Shown: in pieces, positions 11,991 to 22,033 of the stretch
Position numbering within the stretch: position 1 is the stretch's first letter
Layout of the letters: each line of letters starts with the position of its first letter
From: an uncultured Actinomycetes bacterium
GTDB lineage: Bacteria; Actinomycetota; Actinomycetes; Nanopelagicales; Nanopelagicaceae
NCBI GenBank assembly: GCA_903873185.1
Contig: CAIQNN010000036.1
Coordinates: 3,639 to 67,638, forward strand
Direction: 5' to 3'
DNA length: 64,000 nt
The notes under the pieces: model-generated
Databases searched by the model: none
Told to the model about the DNA's origin: nothing
What the model saw: only the letters and a program-made list of their open reading frames with translations
Program-made: the position numbers and the translations under genes

Positions 11991-12797
11991 ATGTCCCAAT
12001 TACTAACTGCTGGGTACTTGGAGCTTCGAGGTCATAAGACTTGGAGCAAAGAGTGGGCTAACAATGGGGAACCTGCGCTGCTTTTGCATGGCGGTTTGAG
12101 CGCGACCGAAGATTGGGAAGAAGGCGCTCTTCCTGCAGTTGAAGATAAATTTCATGTTTTCGCCTACGACCGTACAGCTCATGGCCGAACCGGAATTCGC
12201 GAAGGCTTTTATCATTTTGATTTCCAATGCGACGAGGCGATCGCCTATATCGAAGATGTGATCGGCGCACCTACTCATCTGTTGGGCTGGAGCGATGGTG
12301 GCATTATTTCTTTATTGGTCGCACTGAAACGACCAGACTTGGTTAAATCTATTGTTGCGATTGGCACCAACTACCATTGGGATGCTGGAATGCCTTTTAA
12401 TGATGAACCCATAGTTGTCAACGTCAGCGAAGAAGATGCTGCGGAGTTTGCCGATCGTTCCCCTGATCCAGCTCACATTCAAGCCAGCATAATTCAGCGG
12501 GCTTTCGAAGTTTGGCGTACCGAACCGAATCTAACTCCATCCGATTTGGCAAAGATTAAATGTCCCGTACTAGTTCTGACGGGTGATGATGAACCATTTT
12601 CCAATCATCACACCGTTGAACTTTATGAGGCACTACCTAATGGTCGATTGGCAATAATTCCTGGGGCCTCACATTATGTAGTTAAAGAAAAGAATGAACT
12701 CGCGGTCGCAACAATCAAAGACTTTTACCAACACCCAGAATTTCCCATAACCAAAGCGCCAAGATTACGAGGGCGCGAAATTACTTCGGAAGCCTAA
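11991..12797 (+). CDS. Alpha/beta-fold hydrolase
   Basis: The track ORF 11865..12797 overlaps ndh, so I chose the internal ATG at 11991 (MSQLLTAGYLELRG...). HGGL oxyanion motif, nucleophile elbow GWSDGG, C-terminal PGASHY. Confidence 0.75.
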   Translation: MSQLLTAGYLELRGHKTWSKEWANNGEPALLLHGGLSATEDWEEGALPAVEDKFHVFAYDRTAHGRTGIREGFYHFDFQCDEAIAYIEDVIGAPTHLLGWSDGGIISLLVALKRPDLVKSIVAIGTNYHWDAGMPFNDEPIVVNVSEEDAAEFADRSPDPAHIQASIIQRAFEVWRTEPNLTPSDLAKIKCPVLVLTGDDEPFSNHHTVELYEALPNGRLAIIPGASHYVVKEKNELAVATIKDFYQHPEFPITKAPRLRGREITSEA

Positions 12798-14457
12798 GCG
12801 CACCAACTGCGTGGGCGGGCACAAAAGCGCTGTGTGGCGCTATCGCCGAGACCTTTTGGTAACTGAATGATTGAATCGGCCTAGGGTCAGCTTCGCCGCG
12901 GTTAGGCCACATTGAAAATGCGCGTTCGGCTTGCGCAGTAATTGTGAGTGATGGATTAACGCCCAGGTTTGCTGTGACGCTGGCGCCATCGACAATATGC
13001 ATTGTCGGATAGTTCCAGACGCGATGGTAAGGATCGATAACTCCGACGTCGGAGCTGGCACCAATAACGCAGCCGCCGACGAAGTGCGCCGTAAATGGTG
13101 CGTTTATTAAATTACCTAAGTTTCCGCCAGCAATGCCACCACGGTTTGCTGCTATTCGTCGCACAACTTCGTTGGCTTCTGGGATAAAGGTGGCGTTGGG
13201 ATGCTCGGAATTATTTTCCGATGTTAAACGCCATCCGAAAATGCCGCGCTTGCTTGAAATATTGACCGAAGAATCCACGTTCTGCATCACCAAAGCAATT
13301 ACCGTTCGTTGACTCCACTTGCGGACATCTAAAATTCGCAGCACTTGCGATGGATGACGAAAAGCTATCCCCCACCATTGACGCCGGCGATCTTTTGCCT
13401 TGGCGCCATCGGTCATTAACGTCTGCAGTCCACCCATCAAATTGCTGCCTTTGCCGTAACGAACTGGCTCAACGTGAGTGTGTTCATTGGGAAAGAATGA
13501 TGAAGTAATCGCAGAACCTTGACTGAAATCAACATCAGTATTGGGCATCAATGCACCAACCAGTGATTCGCTGTTAGTTCTTGAAAGTTTGCCAAGGAAG
13601 TTAGAAATATTTGGCAGAGTGCCGTCGGCTTTCATGCGATGAAGCAACTTCTGAGTGTTAAAAGTTCCAGCAGCGACTACGACTTGGCCACCAGTGAAAA
13701 TTCGCGATCGCCCAAACCAGGATGAGCTCTTGCGCGCTGAGATCCGCCAAGAACCATCAGCCAGTTCTTCGATTTTCGTAACGGTATGTTCTGGAAATAC
13801 TTGCGCCCCTGCACTCTCGGCCAACCCCAAATAATTTTTTGGTAACGTATTTTTTGCGTTGAACCGACAACCTGTCATGCAGCCACCGCATTGGGTGCAA
13901 CCATGTCGATCAGGTCCTACGCCCCCAAAGTATGGATCCGCGGCGAAGACACCTGAGCCTTCACCAAAGTGCACTCCCAATGGCGCCATTCGAAAGGTGT
14001 GGCCGACCCCCATTTCTTCGGCAACTTCTTTCATCGCTTGATCTGAGGGTGAAAAATAAGGGTTCTCTTCCACGCCCAACATGCGCGAAGCTTGGTCATA
14101 CCAAGGCAAGAGTTCAGCTTTCCAATCAGTAATCGAGCGCCACTGAGCATCGTTGAAGTAGGTATCTGGTGGCACGTACAAGGTATTGGCATAGACCAGC
14201 GAACCGCCACCCACACCGGCCCCAGCTAAAACCAGTACATCGGGAAGGGCATGAATTCGTTGAATGCCGCGAAGTCCCAAACGAGGAAGGAAGAGAAAAC
14301 GAGATATTCGCCAAGAAGTCTTTGGGAAATCCTTATCGGTGAAGCGCCGACCGGCTTCTAGAACGGCAACTTTGTACCCTTTTTCAGTTAGGCGAAGAGC
14401 TGCTACCGAGCCACCAAATCCTGAGCCAATGATTAGTACATCAAAATCCCGATCCAT
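12781..14457 (-). CDS. GMC-family FAD oxidoreductase (cholesterol-oxidase-like)
   Basis: 558 aa. DVLIIGSGFGGSVAALRLTEKGYKVAVLEAG. The C-terminal GMC region has HIVDGAS. Confidence 0.8.
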   Translation of the reverse strand: MDRDFDVLIIGSGFGGSVAALRLTEKGYKVAVLEAGRRFTDKDFPKTSWRISRFLFLPRLGLRGIQRIHALPDVLVLAGAGVGGGSLVYANTLYVPPDTYFNDAQWRSITDWKAELLPWYDQASRMLGVEENPYFSPSDQAMKEVAEEMGVGHTFRMAPLGVHFGEGSGVFAADPYFGGVGPDRHGCTQCGGCMTGCRFNAKNTLPKNYLGLAESAGAQVFPEHTVTKIEELADGSWRISARKSSSWFGRSRIFTGGQVVVAAGTFNTQKLLHRMKADGTLPNISNFLGKLSRTNSESLVGALMPNTDVDFSQGSAITSSFFPNEHTHVEPVRYGKGSNLMGGLQTLMTDGAKAKDRRRQWWGIAFRHPSQVLRILDVRKWSQRTVIALVMQNVDSSVNISSKRGIFGWRLTSENNSEHPNATFIPEANEVVRRIAANRGGIAGGNLGNLINAPFTAHFVGGCVIGASSDVGVIDPYHRVWNYPTMHIVDGASVTANLGVNPSLTITAQAERAFSMWPNRGEADPRPIQSFSYQKVSAIAPHSAFVPAHAVGALRLPK

Positions 14458-14495
14458 CCCCCAGTCTTACCACGCATTAGGCAGTAAATGAAGGA

Positions 14496-16073
14496 TTATT
14501 CGCTCTCTAACCAAAGATAGCGATTGCGATCACTTTGTTGCCCGGCCATAAGTTCAACATCAAATTCACCAGAACGACGCTGCCAATCATTGGCCGACAA
14601 TAACCGCGAAAGTCCCGCGAGGTTTACTGGGTTATCAAGATCAGAAACGGCAACTTCAAGTTCTACTGGACTCTGATGATCAAAAACCGAAGTAGCGATG
14701 ACAATCTTGGAATCGCTCTCTAAAATTTCAACGATGCGACCTTGCTGTGGCCAATCGATATTAGACGCGGTTTGAATATGCCAAAAACCGCGCTTGCCTT
14801 CGGCACCAATAAAGTCCACATGATGTTCATGGTTGTGTCCTGCTAGCCACAGAATTATTCGAGGCTCACTTAGAAGTAATTCATTCAATTCCACCTCACC
14901 GATTCGACTCTCGACACCCGTTGGTGAATAAAGGTTGAAGAGAGTGTCAGCCGGATGATGCGAGAGCAGTACAAAATACTTTGGCGCTGGATCCGATAAC
15001 TCCTGCTTCAGCCAATTAAATTGAGTCAAGCCAAGAGAACCTTGCCATCCACCGTGTTCGTTAACGGTATCCATTGAAATCAAGCGAACTTCGCCAATGT
15101 CCCGAGACCAATACTTCGTTCCAGCTTGTGCATTCTCCGTTTGGAGCCCATGCCCATGGCCGCACTCCAAGTGAATCTTGGCCCAATCAGCAGCCTGATT
15201 AATCCGCCGTGACTGATCAGCGGCGATATAACGAAAGGTTGAACCGGATGAATCTGGATAACTAGTAGGCCCAACCATTTGAAATTTGCCAAACATTTCA
15301 ACCAAGTCAAGATCGGGATCCAGAGCAGTGACTCTTCGATCCCCGGTTGCAAAATTGTTGATGTATTCATCGGCTGCGACGGTCCCCTGCAACAGCGCAT
15401 CATGATTGCCATGGGTTGCAAACCATTGATGTACTAAACCGGTTGCCTGAAATGGCTTGCGAACTGCGGCAAGCAAACCCGGAACGGTAGGCAATCCGTA
15501 AAGAGCGCGAGGAAAGTCTTCAGCGCATCCATGGGGGGTGCCTTCGGGGTTCCAGTAAGAAGGATCGTAATCGTGTGGATCAGTGGTGGCGACCCCCTCC
15601 CAGCGGTCTAAATTGCCAGAGTCAGGATGAACTAAGCCGCCATCCATAATCGATAAGTACCAAGAAAGTTCATTATTTTGTGCATTATCGGTTACATCGC
15701 CAGTTATCACGACCGCATCGATTGGGCGATCCGTAACGATTCCGGTCTTAATCGAGTTAATCGTTTGAACCATTGCTTCCAAGGTTTGCGTCGTCAATAT
15801 TTCTTGCGCTCGATACGTTCCAACATATTTAACGTATTGCGAGTAAGGATTATGTGGATCGGCAAATCGATCCAGAATTTCAACGCGCGCCGGAGATTGC
15901 GCATCGCAGATGTGTAGATCTGAGATGTGCACCAAACTTAAAACAGATTTGGCCCCGGGCTCAGGTGTTACACCAGTGAGTTCTTCACCTGCTTCAACCG
16001 TTAACGGCCGCCAACCTTTTTCATTTGCTTCGCCTCTTGCTAACCGACTAATTTGAGAATCTTGGTTAAGCAT
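14496..16073 (-). CDS. Large calcineurin-like metallophosphoesterase, no signal peptide
   Basis: 525 aa. Motifs HISDLHICD, ITGDVTDN, THGNHD, SHHP, GHNHEH. Its start overlaps the stop of the upstream ABC ATPase by 8 nt. Last gene of the phosphonate operon. Confidence 0.8.
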   Translation of the reverse strand: MLNQDSQISRLARGEANEKGWRPLTVEAGEELTGVTPEPGAKSVLSLVHISDLHICDAQSPARVEILDRFADPHNPYSQYVKYVGTYRAQEILTTQTLEAMVQTINSIKTGIVTDRPIDAVVITGDVTDNAQNNELSWYLSIMDGGLVHPDSGNLDRWEGVATTDPHDYDPSYWNPEGTPHGCAEDFPRALYGLPTVPGLLAAVRKPFQATGLVHQWFATHGNHDALLQGTVAADEYINNFATGDRRVTALDPDLDLVEMFGKFQMVGPTSYPDSSGSTFRYIAADQSRRINQAADWAKIHLECGHGHGLQTENAQAGTKYWSRDIGEVRLISMDTVNEHGGWQGSLGLTQFNWLKQELSDPAPKYFVLLSHHPADTLFNLYSPTGVESRIGEVELNELLLSEPRIILWLAGHNHEHHVDFIGAEGKRGFWHIQTASNIDWPQQGRIVEILESDSKIVIATSVFDHQSPVELEVAVSDLDNPVNLAGLSRLLSANDWQRRSGEFDVELMAGQQSDRNRYLWLESE

Positions 16074-17136
16074 TGGCGACCATGAGCTCCTCCGAAGTAA
16101 TTTTCACGGCAATACGACTACCGACATCGATTTTCTTTGCTTCTTGGCTGGTTAAGTTTACATAAACCAAGTTTTCGCCACCTAAATCTACGCCCAGTTT
16201 AGTCATTGGGCCCAGAAAAGACTTGGTGATGATCAAGCCAGCTTTTGATTCTGGATCAGCGTCGGAAGCGATCGCAATATTTTCCGGACGAACTAAGGCA
16301 ATAACCGCTGAACCGCTTCCAAAGGAAGCAGAATTTTGGGATAGCTCTATCTCTTGGTTGAAAACTTTGACTCGGCCACTGCCTTCAATTTGGGCTGAGA
16401 TCTTATTGGTGACACCGACGAACGAGGCAACGAAAGCACTCTTCGGCTTGTTGTACAGGTTGGAAGGTGAATCTATTTGTTCTAATTGGCCCGCGTTCAT
16501 TACGCCAACTCGATCCGAGACCGACATCGCTTCCTCTTGATCATGGGTAACGAAAAGCGTCGTTGTTTCAGTCTCAAGTTGAATGCGTCGGATTTCTTCC
16601 CGAATCTGAACTCGAACTTGCGCATCTAAAGCCGAGAGCGGCTCGTCAAGTAAAAGTACTTTAGGAGCGATTGCTAGGGCCCGAGCAAGCGCCACGCGCT
16701 GTTGTTGGCCACCAGAGAGTTGGTTGGGGTAAGCATCGGGGCGGTGGCTCAAATGCACCATCTCTAGTAGTTCCATGCTCTTCTTGCGCCGAATCTCTGG
16801 CGAAATTTTACGAACGCGCAGGCCATATTCAACATTTTCGATCACAGTCATATTTGGAAAGAGGGAGTAAGCCTGAAAGACCATTCCCATGTTGCGCTTA
16901 TCTGACGTGGAGCCCGTGATGTTCTCGCCATCGACAAAGATTTGGCCATCATGATGCGGATCCAATCCACCCAAAATTCGAAGTACTGTGGTTTTTCCGC
17001 AACCCGAAGGGCCAAGCAGCGAAACCATCTCGCCGGTCTGCATCTCTAAGGAGAAATCCTGAAGTGCAGCAACGGTTCCGTAGTGCTTGCTCAAATTCTG
17101 CAAACTTACTTTGGTTTCCAAATTCTTAGCACTCAC
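16066..17136 (-). CDS. ABC transporter ATP-binding protein (PotA/PhnT-like, 2-AEP type)
   Basis: 356 aa. Walker [10 protein letters not shown], signature [10 protein letters not shown], Walker [12 protein letters not shown], and a C-terminal TOBE-like domain. Confidence 0.9.
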   Translation of the reverse strand: MSAKNLETKVSLQNLSKHYGTVAALQDFSLEMQTGEMVSLLGPSGCGKTTVLRILGGLDPHHDGQIFVDGENITGSTSDKRNMGMVFQAYSLFPNMTVIENVEYGLRVRKISPEIRRKKSMELLEMVHLSHRPDAYPNQLSGGQQQRVALARALAIAPKVLLLDEPLSALDAQVRVQIREEIRRIQLETETTTLFVTHDQEEAMSVSDRVGVMNAGQLEQIDSPSNLYNKPKSAFVASFVGVTNKISAQIEGSGRVKVFNQEIELSQNSASFGSGSAVIALVRPENIAIASDADPESKAGLIITKSFLGPMTKLGVDLGGENLVYVNLTSQEAKKIDVGSRIAVKITSEELMVANA

Positions 17137-17939
17137 AGCGCCACCTCTTCTAGTTCTATCTCTTCAGCGGTTCGCTTCAAGCGAATGCCTTTCCAGTTTT
17201 GTGCCGATTGAACAACAATTAAAAGCGTCCATGCGCCGATCAACGAGAACATGGATAAGGCAATGGAACCTAATACATTCCCTTGCGCAACTCGGGTAAT
17301 CCAAACTGGAAAAGTTTCCCAGTGGAGCAGCGAAGTCAACGTAAATTCGCCGAAAGATAAAGTGATTGCTAAGAAGAGCGCCGAGTTAATCGATCCTCTG
17401 ATGGCAGGAATGATTACCGATAGAACAGTGCGAGTGAAGCTAGCACCAAGACTTCGTGATGCTTCGACAAGAGTTTTCAATGGGATGGATGCCAGTCCAA
17501 CATTTAGAGATTGGAAGGTATATGGAATTGCAATAACAACATAGAAGAAGGCCAGCTCATATTCGGAGTTCTGGACAAAGAGCGGCATGGCTTTTTGGGC
17601 ACCAATTGCCAACGAAACGACGGGAACTACCAAAGGCAGAATCGCAAGAAATTCGAAAAACCGCTTAAATTTCTGGCCCTCTAAATGTAAGAAAACCACC
17701 GCAGGGACAACGGTAAGAAGCGTCAGTACGGCTGCCACGGCGGCAAGCCGGAGCGAAGTCGTGATGTTCGTAAAGAAATCATCTTGTTGAAAAATCCAAG
17801 AATAATTAGCCATTGTGTGGCCTTTATTCCCGTAACCCCGAAGGCTAAATTCAATCGCTGATGCCACAGGCAGAACGAAGAAGATTAATCCGGCGGCGAG
17901 AATTAAATAACGAGTTGCCTCAAAGATTCGAGTTTTCAT
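17133..17939 (-). CDS. ABC transporter permease
   Basis: Six TM segments and an EAA-like loop (EASRSLGASFTRTV). I prefer the ATG at 17939, which gives an ATGA overlap with the upstream stop. The track start at 17954 is the alternative. Confidence 0.85.
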   Translation of the reverse strand: MKTRIFEATRYLILAAGLIFFVLPVASAIEFSLRGYGNKGHTMANYSWIFQQDDFFTNITTSLRLAAVAAVLTLLTVVPAVVFLHLEGQKFKRFFEFLAILPLVVPVVSLAIGAQKAMPLFVQNSEYELAFFYVVIAIPYTFQSLNVGLASIPLKTLVEASRSLGASFTRTVLSVIIPAIRGSINSALFLAITLSFGEFTLTSLLHWETFPVWITRVAQGNVLGSIALSMFSLIGAWTLLIVVQSAQNWKGIRLKRTAEEIELEEVAL

Positions 17940-18820
17940 CGACCACGCGCCCATCGCAATGAGAAACCGTAGAAAATCATTACGATCGCAGACACCACAA
18001 CCATACCTACTGCTAGCGCATCGCCAAGGTTTGCCTGATCGGTGATCACGTTACCGTCAATCAACGAACCGATAACCAACGGCACTAATGCGACGCTTCC
18101 GCCGGTTAAAGCTCTTGCGGTAGCAAACGCAGAAAAGGCGCTGGCAAAGAGCAGAAGCGTTGAAGCAAGGAAAGCTGGAAAAAGAACGGGGATCAAAACC
18201 CAACGGATAAACTGTAAATTCGAGCCACCTAAAGAGTTATTCGCTTCGCGCCACTCGTTACGCATTCCGGCCAGTGCAGGAGTAAATACCAACAACATCA
18301 AGGGAATCTGGAAAAAGCTGTAAACCAGAACCAAACCACTGAAGCTATAGAGCGTGAAGCCGTGACCGTAAATATCAAAACCAAGTTTTTTCAAGATCGT
18401 GACGATCCCACCTTGGGCGCCAAAAGCCGCAATAAACATAAATGCGAGCGGTACGCCGCCAGAGTTCGCGAGCACACCAGAAAGCATTGCGATCCCAGAT
18501 TGCAGGGACTTGCTGCTCTTATGGACATAAAAGGCAATGATCGCCCCAATGAGTCCGGCGCTCAGCGCTGAGAAGAAGGAAAGTTGAAGTGAAACCGAAA
18601 AGGCATGCATATATGGCTTGGTAAACATCAAGCGATAAGCCCCAAGGTTGTAGTGACCTTTGCCATCAGAGATTGAATTCTTGATGATTTGAAAGATTGG
18701 CCAACAGAAGAAGAAGATGAAAACGAGCGAGAACGGGGCAAGCGGCAAAGTTTTGAAAATTGCCGAAGAACCACCACCCTTCCGAGTGGCGGTTCCGCGG
18801 TTAGTAGACATAACTGTCAT
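17936..18820 (-). CDS. ABC transporter permease
   Basis: 294 aa, six TM segments, EAA-like loop (EANNSLGGSNLQFIRWV). Confidence 0.85.
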   Translation of the reverse strand: MTVMSTNRGTATRKGGGSSAIFKTLPLAPFSLVFIFFFCWPIFQIIKNSISDGKGHYNLGAYRLMFTKPYMHAFSVSLQLSFFSALSAGLIGAIIAFYVHKSSKSLQSGIAMLSGVLANSGGVPLAFMFIAAFGAQGGIVTILKKLGFDIYGHGFTLYSFSGLVLVYSFFQIPLMLLVFTPALAGMRNEWREANNSLGGSNLQFIRWVLIPVLFPAFLASTLLLFASAFSAFATARALTGGSVALVPLVIGSLIDGNVITDQANLGDALAVGMVVVSAIVMIFYGFSLRWARGR

Positions 18821-18858
18821 CTATAGAAGAATCGTGGAAATTAATCCGCGAATTCGAC

Positions 18859-20061
18859 TTAGAGGTTTGGCCAAGCAGCTACGAGGATCTTCTTTGCAGC
18901 AGCTTGTGCATCTGCATTAGGAGTAACTGCAGCTAACTTGCCAGCGTAGGAAGTGATTGAAGCTGGTGGCGCTACATTCAACTTCTTGGCAACCATGGCA
19001 GGGAACTCAACAGGAGTTGCGCCACCGGTGATGAAGATGTTCTGTCCGCCGAGGATCTTGGCAAACAATGCAGAGCCAGAGAGCTTGAGGTCAGCAGCTG
19101 TTAGTTGGCTGGTGATCTTGCCCTTGTTCTGGGAGTACATGAATTCTTCCCACAAGCGAGCACATGCTGGGTGAGGTGCGGTCTTGTTGATTGCTTGGTT
19201 GTAAGGAGTTCCTTGAAGAACTGCATCGGAAGGAATAACGAACTTAACATCCTTGCCTAGCGCCTTAACAGCAGCGACAGTTCCTGGACCATTGAAGTTC
19301 CAGTTAAGAACAACCTTGAAGGCACCAGCAGCGAAGTTGGTTGAGTTTCCATTAACAGCAACAAAGTTGCCATTGGCCTTAAGAGCCTTGTAGAAATCAA
19401 TGCCAGGTTGGATGTTGTTTACTGATCCACCGTTGGCAACAGAAGCTGCGAATACGCTCATCAAAGCCTGTTGAGCCTGAGTTGGGTCACCAGAGATAGC
19501 AACCATTCCCTTGAATTCTGGCTTCAAAAGATCCTTGATTGACTTTGGTGCGACTGGGATTGATGTGTCGTACATGATCGCGATCTGACCGGCATAGTCA
19601 CCGTAGTACTTAGCGTTCAAGTTATCTTTGTAAGCGGCTGGGATGGCGCTCCAGGTCTGGACGCGGTATTCCGCGAAAATGTCGCTTCCGACTGCATCAT
19701 CCAAAACAGAAGTTCCAACGTCAACAACATCTGGCTGCTTCGAAGCAGGTGCAGTCTTGATGGTCTGAACTTCGTAAGCAGATGATCCATCTGGATTGTC
19801 ATCGTAGATCTTTACGCCGAAGGCCTTTGAAAACAGGTCCATGGCTTCGCCAAAGTTTGCCCAGTCACGAGGAAGGGTAATTACGTTTAGCTTTCCTTCT
19901 TTTTTACATGCTGTAACGAGGCCATTCATGCCTCCAGCAAAGTCTTTGACTGATGTTGCATCGGATGCCTTTACGGCTCCTACTGAGGCAGATGAAACTG
20001 CCACTGGGAGAATTGCAACAACGATTGCTGCAATTGCTCCAAAAGCTACATGCTTACGCAT
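18859..20061 (-). CDS. Extracellular solute-binding protein (Fe3+/polyamine/2-AEP PBP2 type)
   Basis: 400 aa. N-terminal signal/anchor MRKHVAFGAIAAIVVAILPVAVSSASVGA. Same operon as the permeases. Confidence 0.8.
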   Translation of the reverse strand: MRKHVAFGAIAAIVVAILPVAVSSASVGAVKASDATSVKDFAGGMNGLVTACKKEGKLNVITLPRDWANFGEAMDLFSKAFGVKIYDDNPDGSSAYEVQTIKTAPASKQPDVVDVGTSVLDDAVGSDIFAEYRVQTWSAIPAAYKDNLNAKYYGDYAGQIAIMYDTSIPVAPKSIKDLLKPEFKGMVAISGDPTQAQQALMSVFAASVANGGSVNNIQPGIDFYKALKANGNFVAVNGNSTNFAAGAFKVVLNWNFNGPGTVAAVKALGKDVKFVIPSDAVLQGTPYNQAINKTAPHPACARLWEEFMYSQNKGKITSQLTAADLKLSGSALFAKILGGQNIFITGGATPVEFPAMVAKKLNVAPPASITSYAGKLAAVTPNADAQAAAKKILVAAWPNL

Positions 20062-20095
20062 AAGTCCTCCTTGAGAGATGTAGGGGTAGCAAAGC

Positions 20096-20112
20096 CCTTG
20101 AAGTTTTCAAGG
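20096..20112 (-). other. Intercistronic hairpin between the HAD and SBP genes
   Basis: ccttgaa-gtt-ttcaagg: perfect 7-bp stem, extendable by one G-C pair. Lies in the 112-nt gap inside the operon. Possible attenuator or processing site. Confidence 0.3.
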
Positions 20113-20173
20113 AAGGGCGTTTTTGGGATTATTTTGGTTATCAGAAAGTTAACATTTGGATTCAATCTCAAGG

Positions 20174-20863
20174 CTAGCCAAGAAGTGAAAGTAACTCTGT
20201 ACTCCCGATCAATACGGTCGTAGCCCCGGCGGCAGCCAATTCCGTCGCAGAGTGAGCGCCAGATGTCACACCAACAACCAACGGCGCACCAGCTCGAACC
20301 CCACTTTGCATATCGGCCTGAGTATCGCCGACCACCACAATCTCTTCAGAAGAGACATTCGCCCCAGTAGTCACATTGAATAGTTCTATGGAGCGGAAGA
20401 TCATGTCTGGCGCTGGACGGCCTTCATCCACTTCCGAAGAAGCAACTGAGACATCGATCAAAGGCAACCAATTTAAATTGGTCAAAATTCGATCCAAGAT
20501 CTCCCTTGGGAAACCGGTGGTGATTGCAATCCCAATTCCGCGGTTACGTAATTCCCGAAAGAAATCACTGATTCCTTCAAATTCTTCAAGCTCGCCCGCT
20601 GAAACTAGCTCGATATATGCGGCGACAAATTTGTCATGCGCCTGATTGGCCAGATCTAAATCGCCATCAAAGAGATGTAGGAAGACATCAATCTTGCGCT
20701 GACCCATTGTGGCATTTACATAATCGGTCTTTTCCGCGAGATCGGCCGAATCGGGTTCGACACCCATCCCAATTACCGCCTTTTGAAAGGCGCGAACAAC
20801 CAGATCGTCATCCTTCGCAGTGGTTCCGGCAACATCAAAGATTGCTAGTTTAGTTAGCGCCAT
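20174..20863 (-). CDS. HAD-superfamily phosphonatase-like hydrolase (PhnX-like)
   Basis: 229 aa. Motif I IFDVAGTT (the DxAGT form is typical of phosphonoacetaldehyde hydrolase-like HADs) and motif IV VGDTQADMQSG. Confidence 0.75.
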   Translation of the reverse strand: MALTKLAIFDVAGTTAKDDDLVVRAFQKAVIGMGVEPDSADLAEKTDYVNATMGQRKIDVFLHLFDGDLDLANQAHDKFVAAYIELVSAGELEEFEGISDFFRELRNRGIGIAITTGFPREILDRILTNLNWLPLIDVSVASSEVDEGRPAPDMIFRSIELFNVTTGANVSSEEIVVVGDTQADMQSGVRAGAPLVVGVTSGAHSATELAAAGATTVLIGSTELLSLLG

Positions 20864-21972
20864 TGGATCATCGTCTCTTCCGCTATCGCAGGCGACAAGG
20901 TATTTCCTCGACCGCCACCACCTGTTACGACAATCGCGCCAGGTGCAATTGCCTTTCTAAAATATGTTTCGGAGCTGGTGGATTGGCTGTAAACACCATC
21001 CCATCGACGGGATACCACTGGGGCAGTTCGTCCAAAGATGGCGGAAATAACGCCTGAAAGATGCTCATAGGGCTCTTCCAAGATTTCGTGGTCAAAGGGT
21101 TCGTCATATTCATGTGTATCTCCAATGGTTAAAGTTCCATCTAATCGTTGGACCATGAGCAACTGCATCTTTCTTCGAGCTGCGATCTCCGATTGCGGCG
21201 GAAGCGCGGCAAGAGACAAATCTTTAAACGCCGGGTAATACCGAAGTGAATCGCCATCCGCTACTGAGTGACCAAGTTTTGCCGGCAGTGGGACGGTTGC
21301 GCCCATCTGCAATCGAACTCGACGGACAGGAGCATCGGCAAAGAAACTAGAAAGAAAGCCTTGGTGTGAGGAACCTGGGCACATAACCATCAAGTCGCCA
21401 GAAATAGTTTGGCCCTTTACATCGATTATGTGATTGCCAGTTTCACTGTGGTAGAAATCCATTACATCAAAATTCGGCATCCACCGATAATTTTCATCGG
21501 CTTTCAAATACTCGCGCAATGAAACCAGGAGTCGATTTGGTTCGGCAGCAGCGTCTTGGGTGCAGCGCAAACCCCCAATGAAATCTCCAGCCAGTACGGG
21601 CTCTAGAGCAGTAACTTCCTCTTTAACCAATAGCGAGAAGCCACGAAGATCGGCATCTGGCATGGCCGCTGCCTCTTGCAGCACTTGCCACTCGGCTTCA
21701 TTGCGAGCGATTGTGATTGAGCCATTTGCTCGAAAGCCAGTGGCTGGAACGGCAGCCCCGACTTCGCCCCAAATTTCTCGCGCCCGCAAAGCCATCTCGA
21801 GTTCGGCGCCAACTTCCCGGCCGCTAACCCAGATTAAGCCAAAATTGCGAATCGAAGCTGATCTGGCGATTTGTTCGCGTTCGCACTGAATTACGGAGTA
21901 ACCCTCTTTAAGTGCCAAATAGGCGTGCATAGTGCCGATAATTCCGCCACCCATGATCACGACTTTTTTCAT
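20854..21972 (-). CDS. FAD-dependent oxidoreductase (DAO family, phosphonate-cluster type)
   Basis: Start set at ATG 21972 (MKKVVIMGGGIIGTMHAY), with GGGGGAG 7 nt upstream. The track start at 22020 adds an implausible leader. Overlaps the HAD gene by 10 nt. Confidence 0.8.
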   Translation of the reverse strand: MKKVVIMGGGIIGTMHAYLALKEGYSVIQCEREQIARSASIRNFGLIWVSGREVGAELEMALRAREIWGEVGAAVPATGFRANGSITIARNEAEWQVLQEAAAMPDADLRGFSLLVKEEVTALEPVLAGDFIGGLRCTQDAAAEPNRLLVSLREYLKADENYRWMPNFDVMDFYHSETGNHIIDVKGQTISGDLMVMCPGSSHQGFLSSFFADAPVRRVRLQMGATVPLPAKLGHSVADGDSLRYYPAFKDLSLAALPPQSEIAARRKMQLLMVQRLDGTLTIGDTHEYDEPFDHEILEEPYEHLSGVISAIFGRTAPVVSRRWDGVYSQSTSSETYFRKAIAPGAIVVTGGGGRGNTLSPAIAEETMIQWR

Positions 21973-22033
21973 TTGATGCACTCCCCCTGATTTGGGAGTA
22001 AGTGGAACACGCCCAGGCAACGCGATATCAATC

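Noticed and set aside
18859-20061. Lipoprotein call for the ABC solute-binding protein (VTAC motif)
   Set aside because: The only Cys lies about 50 residues in, well past the N-terminal hydrophobic segment. It is not a lipobox in signal-peptide context.
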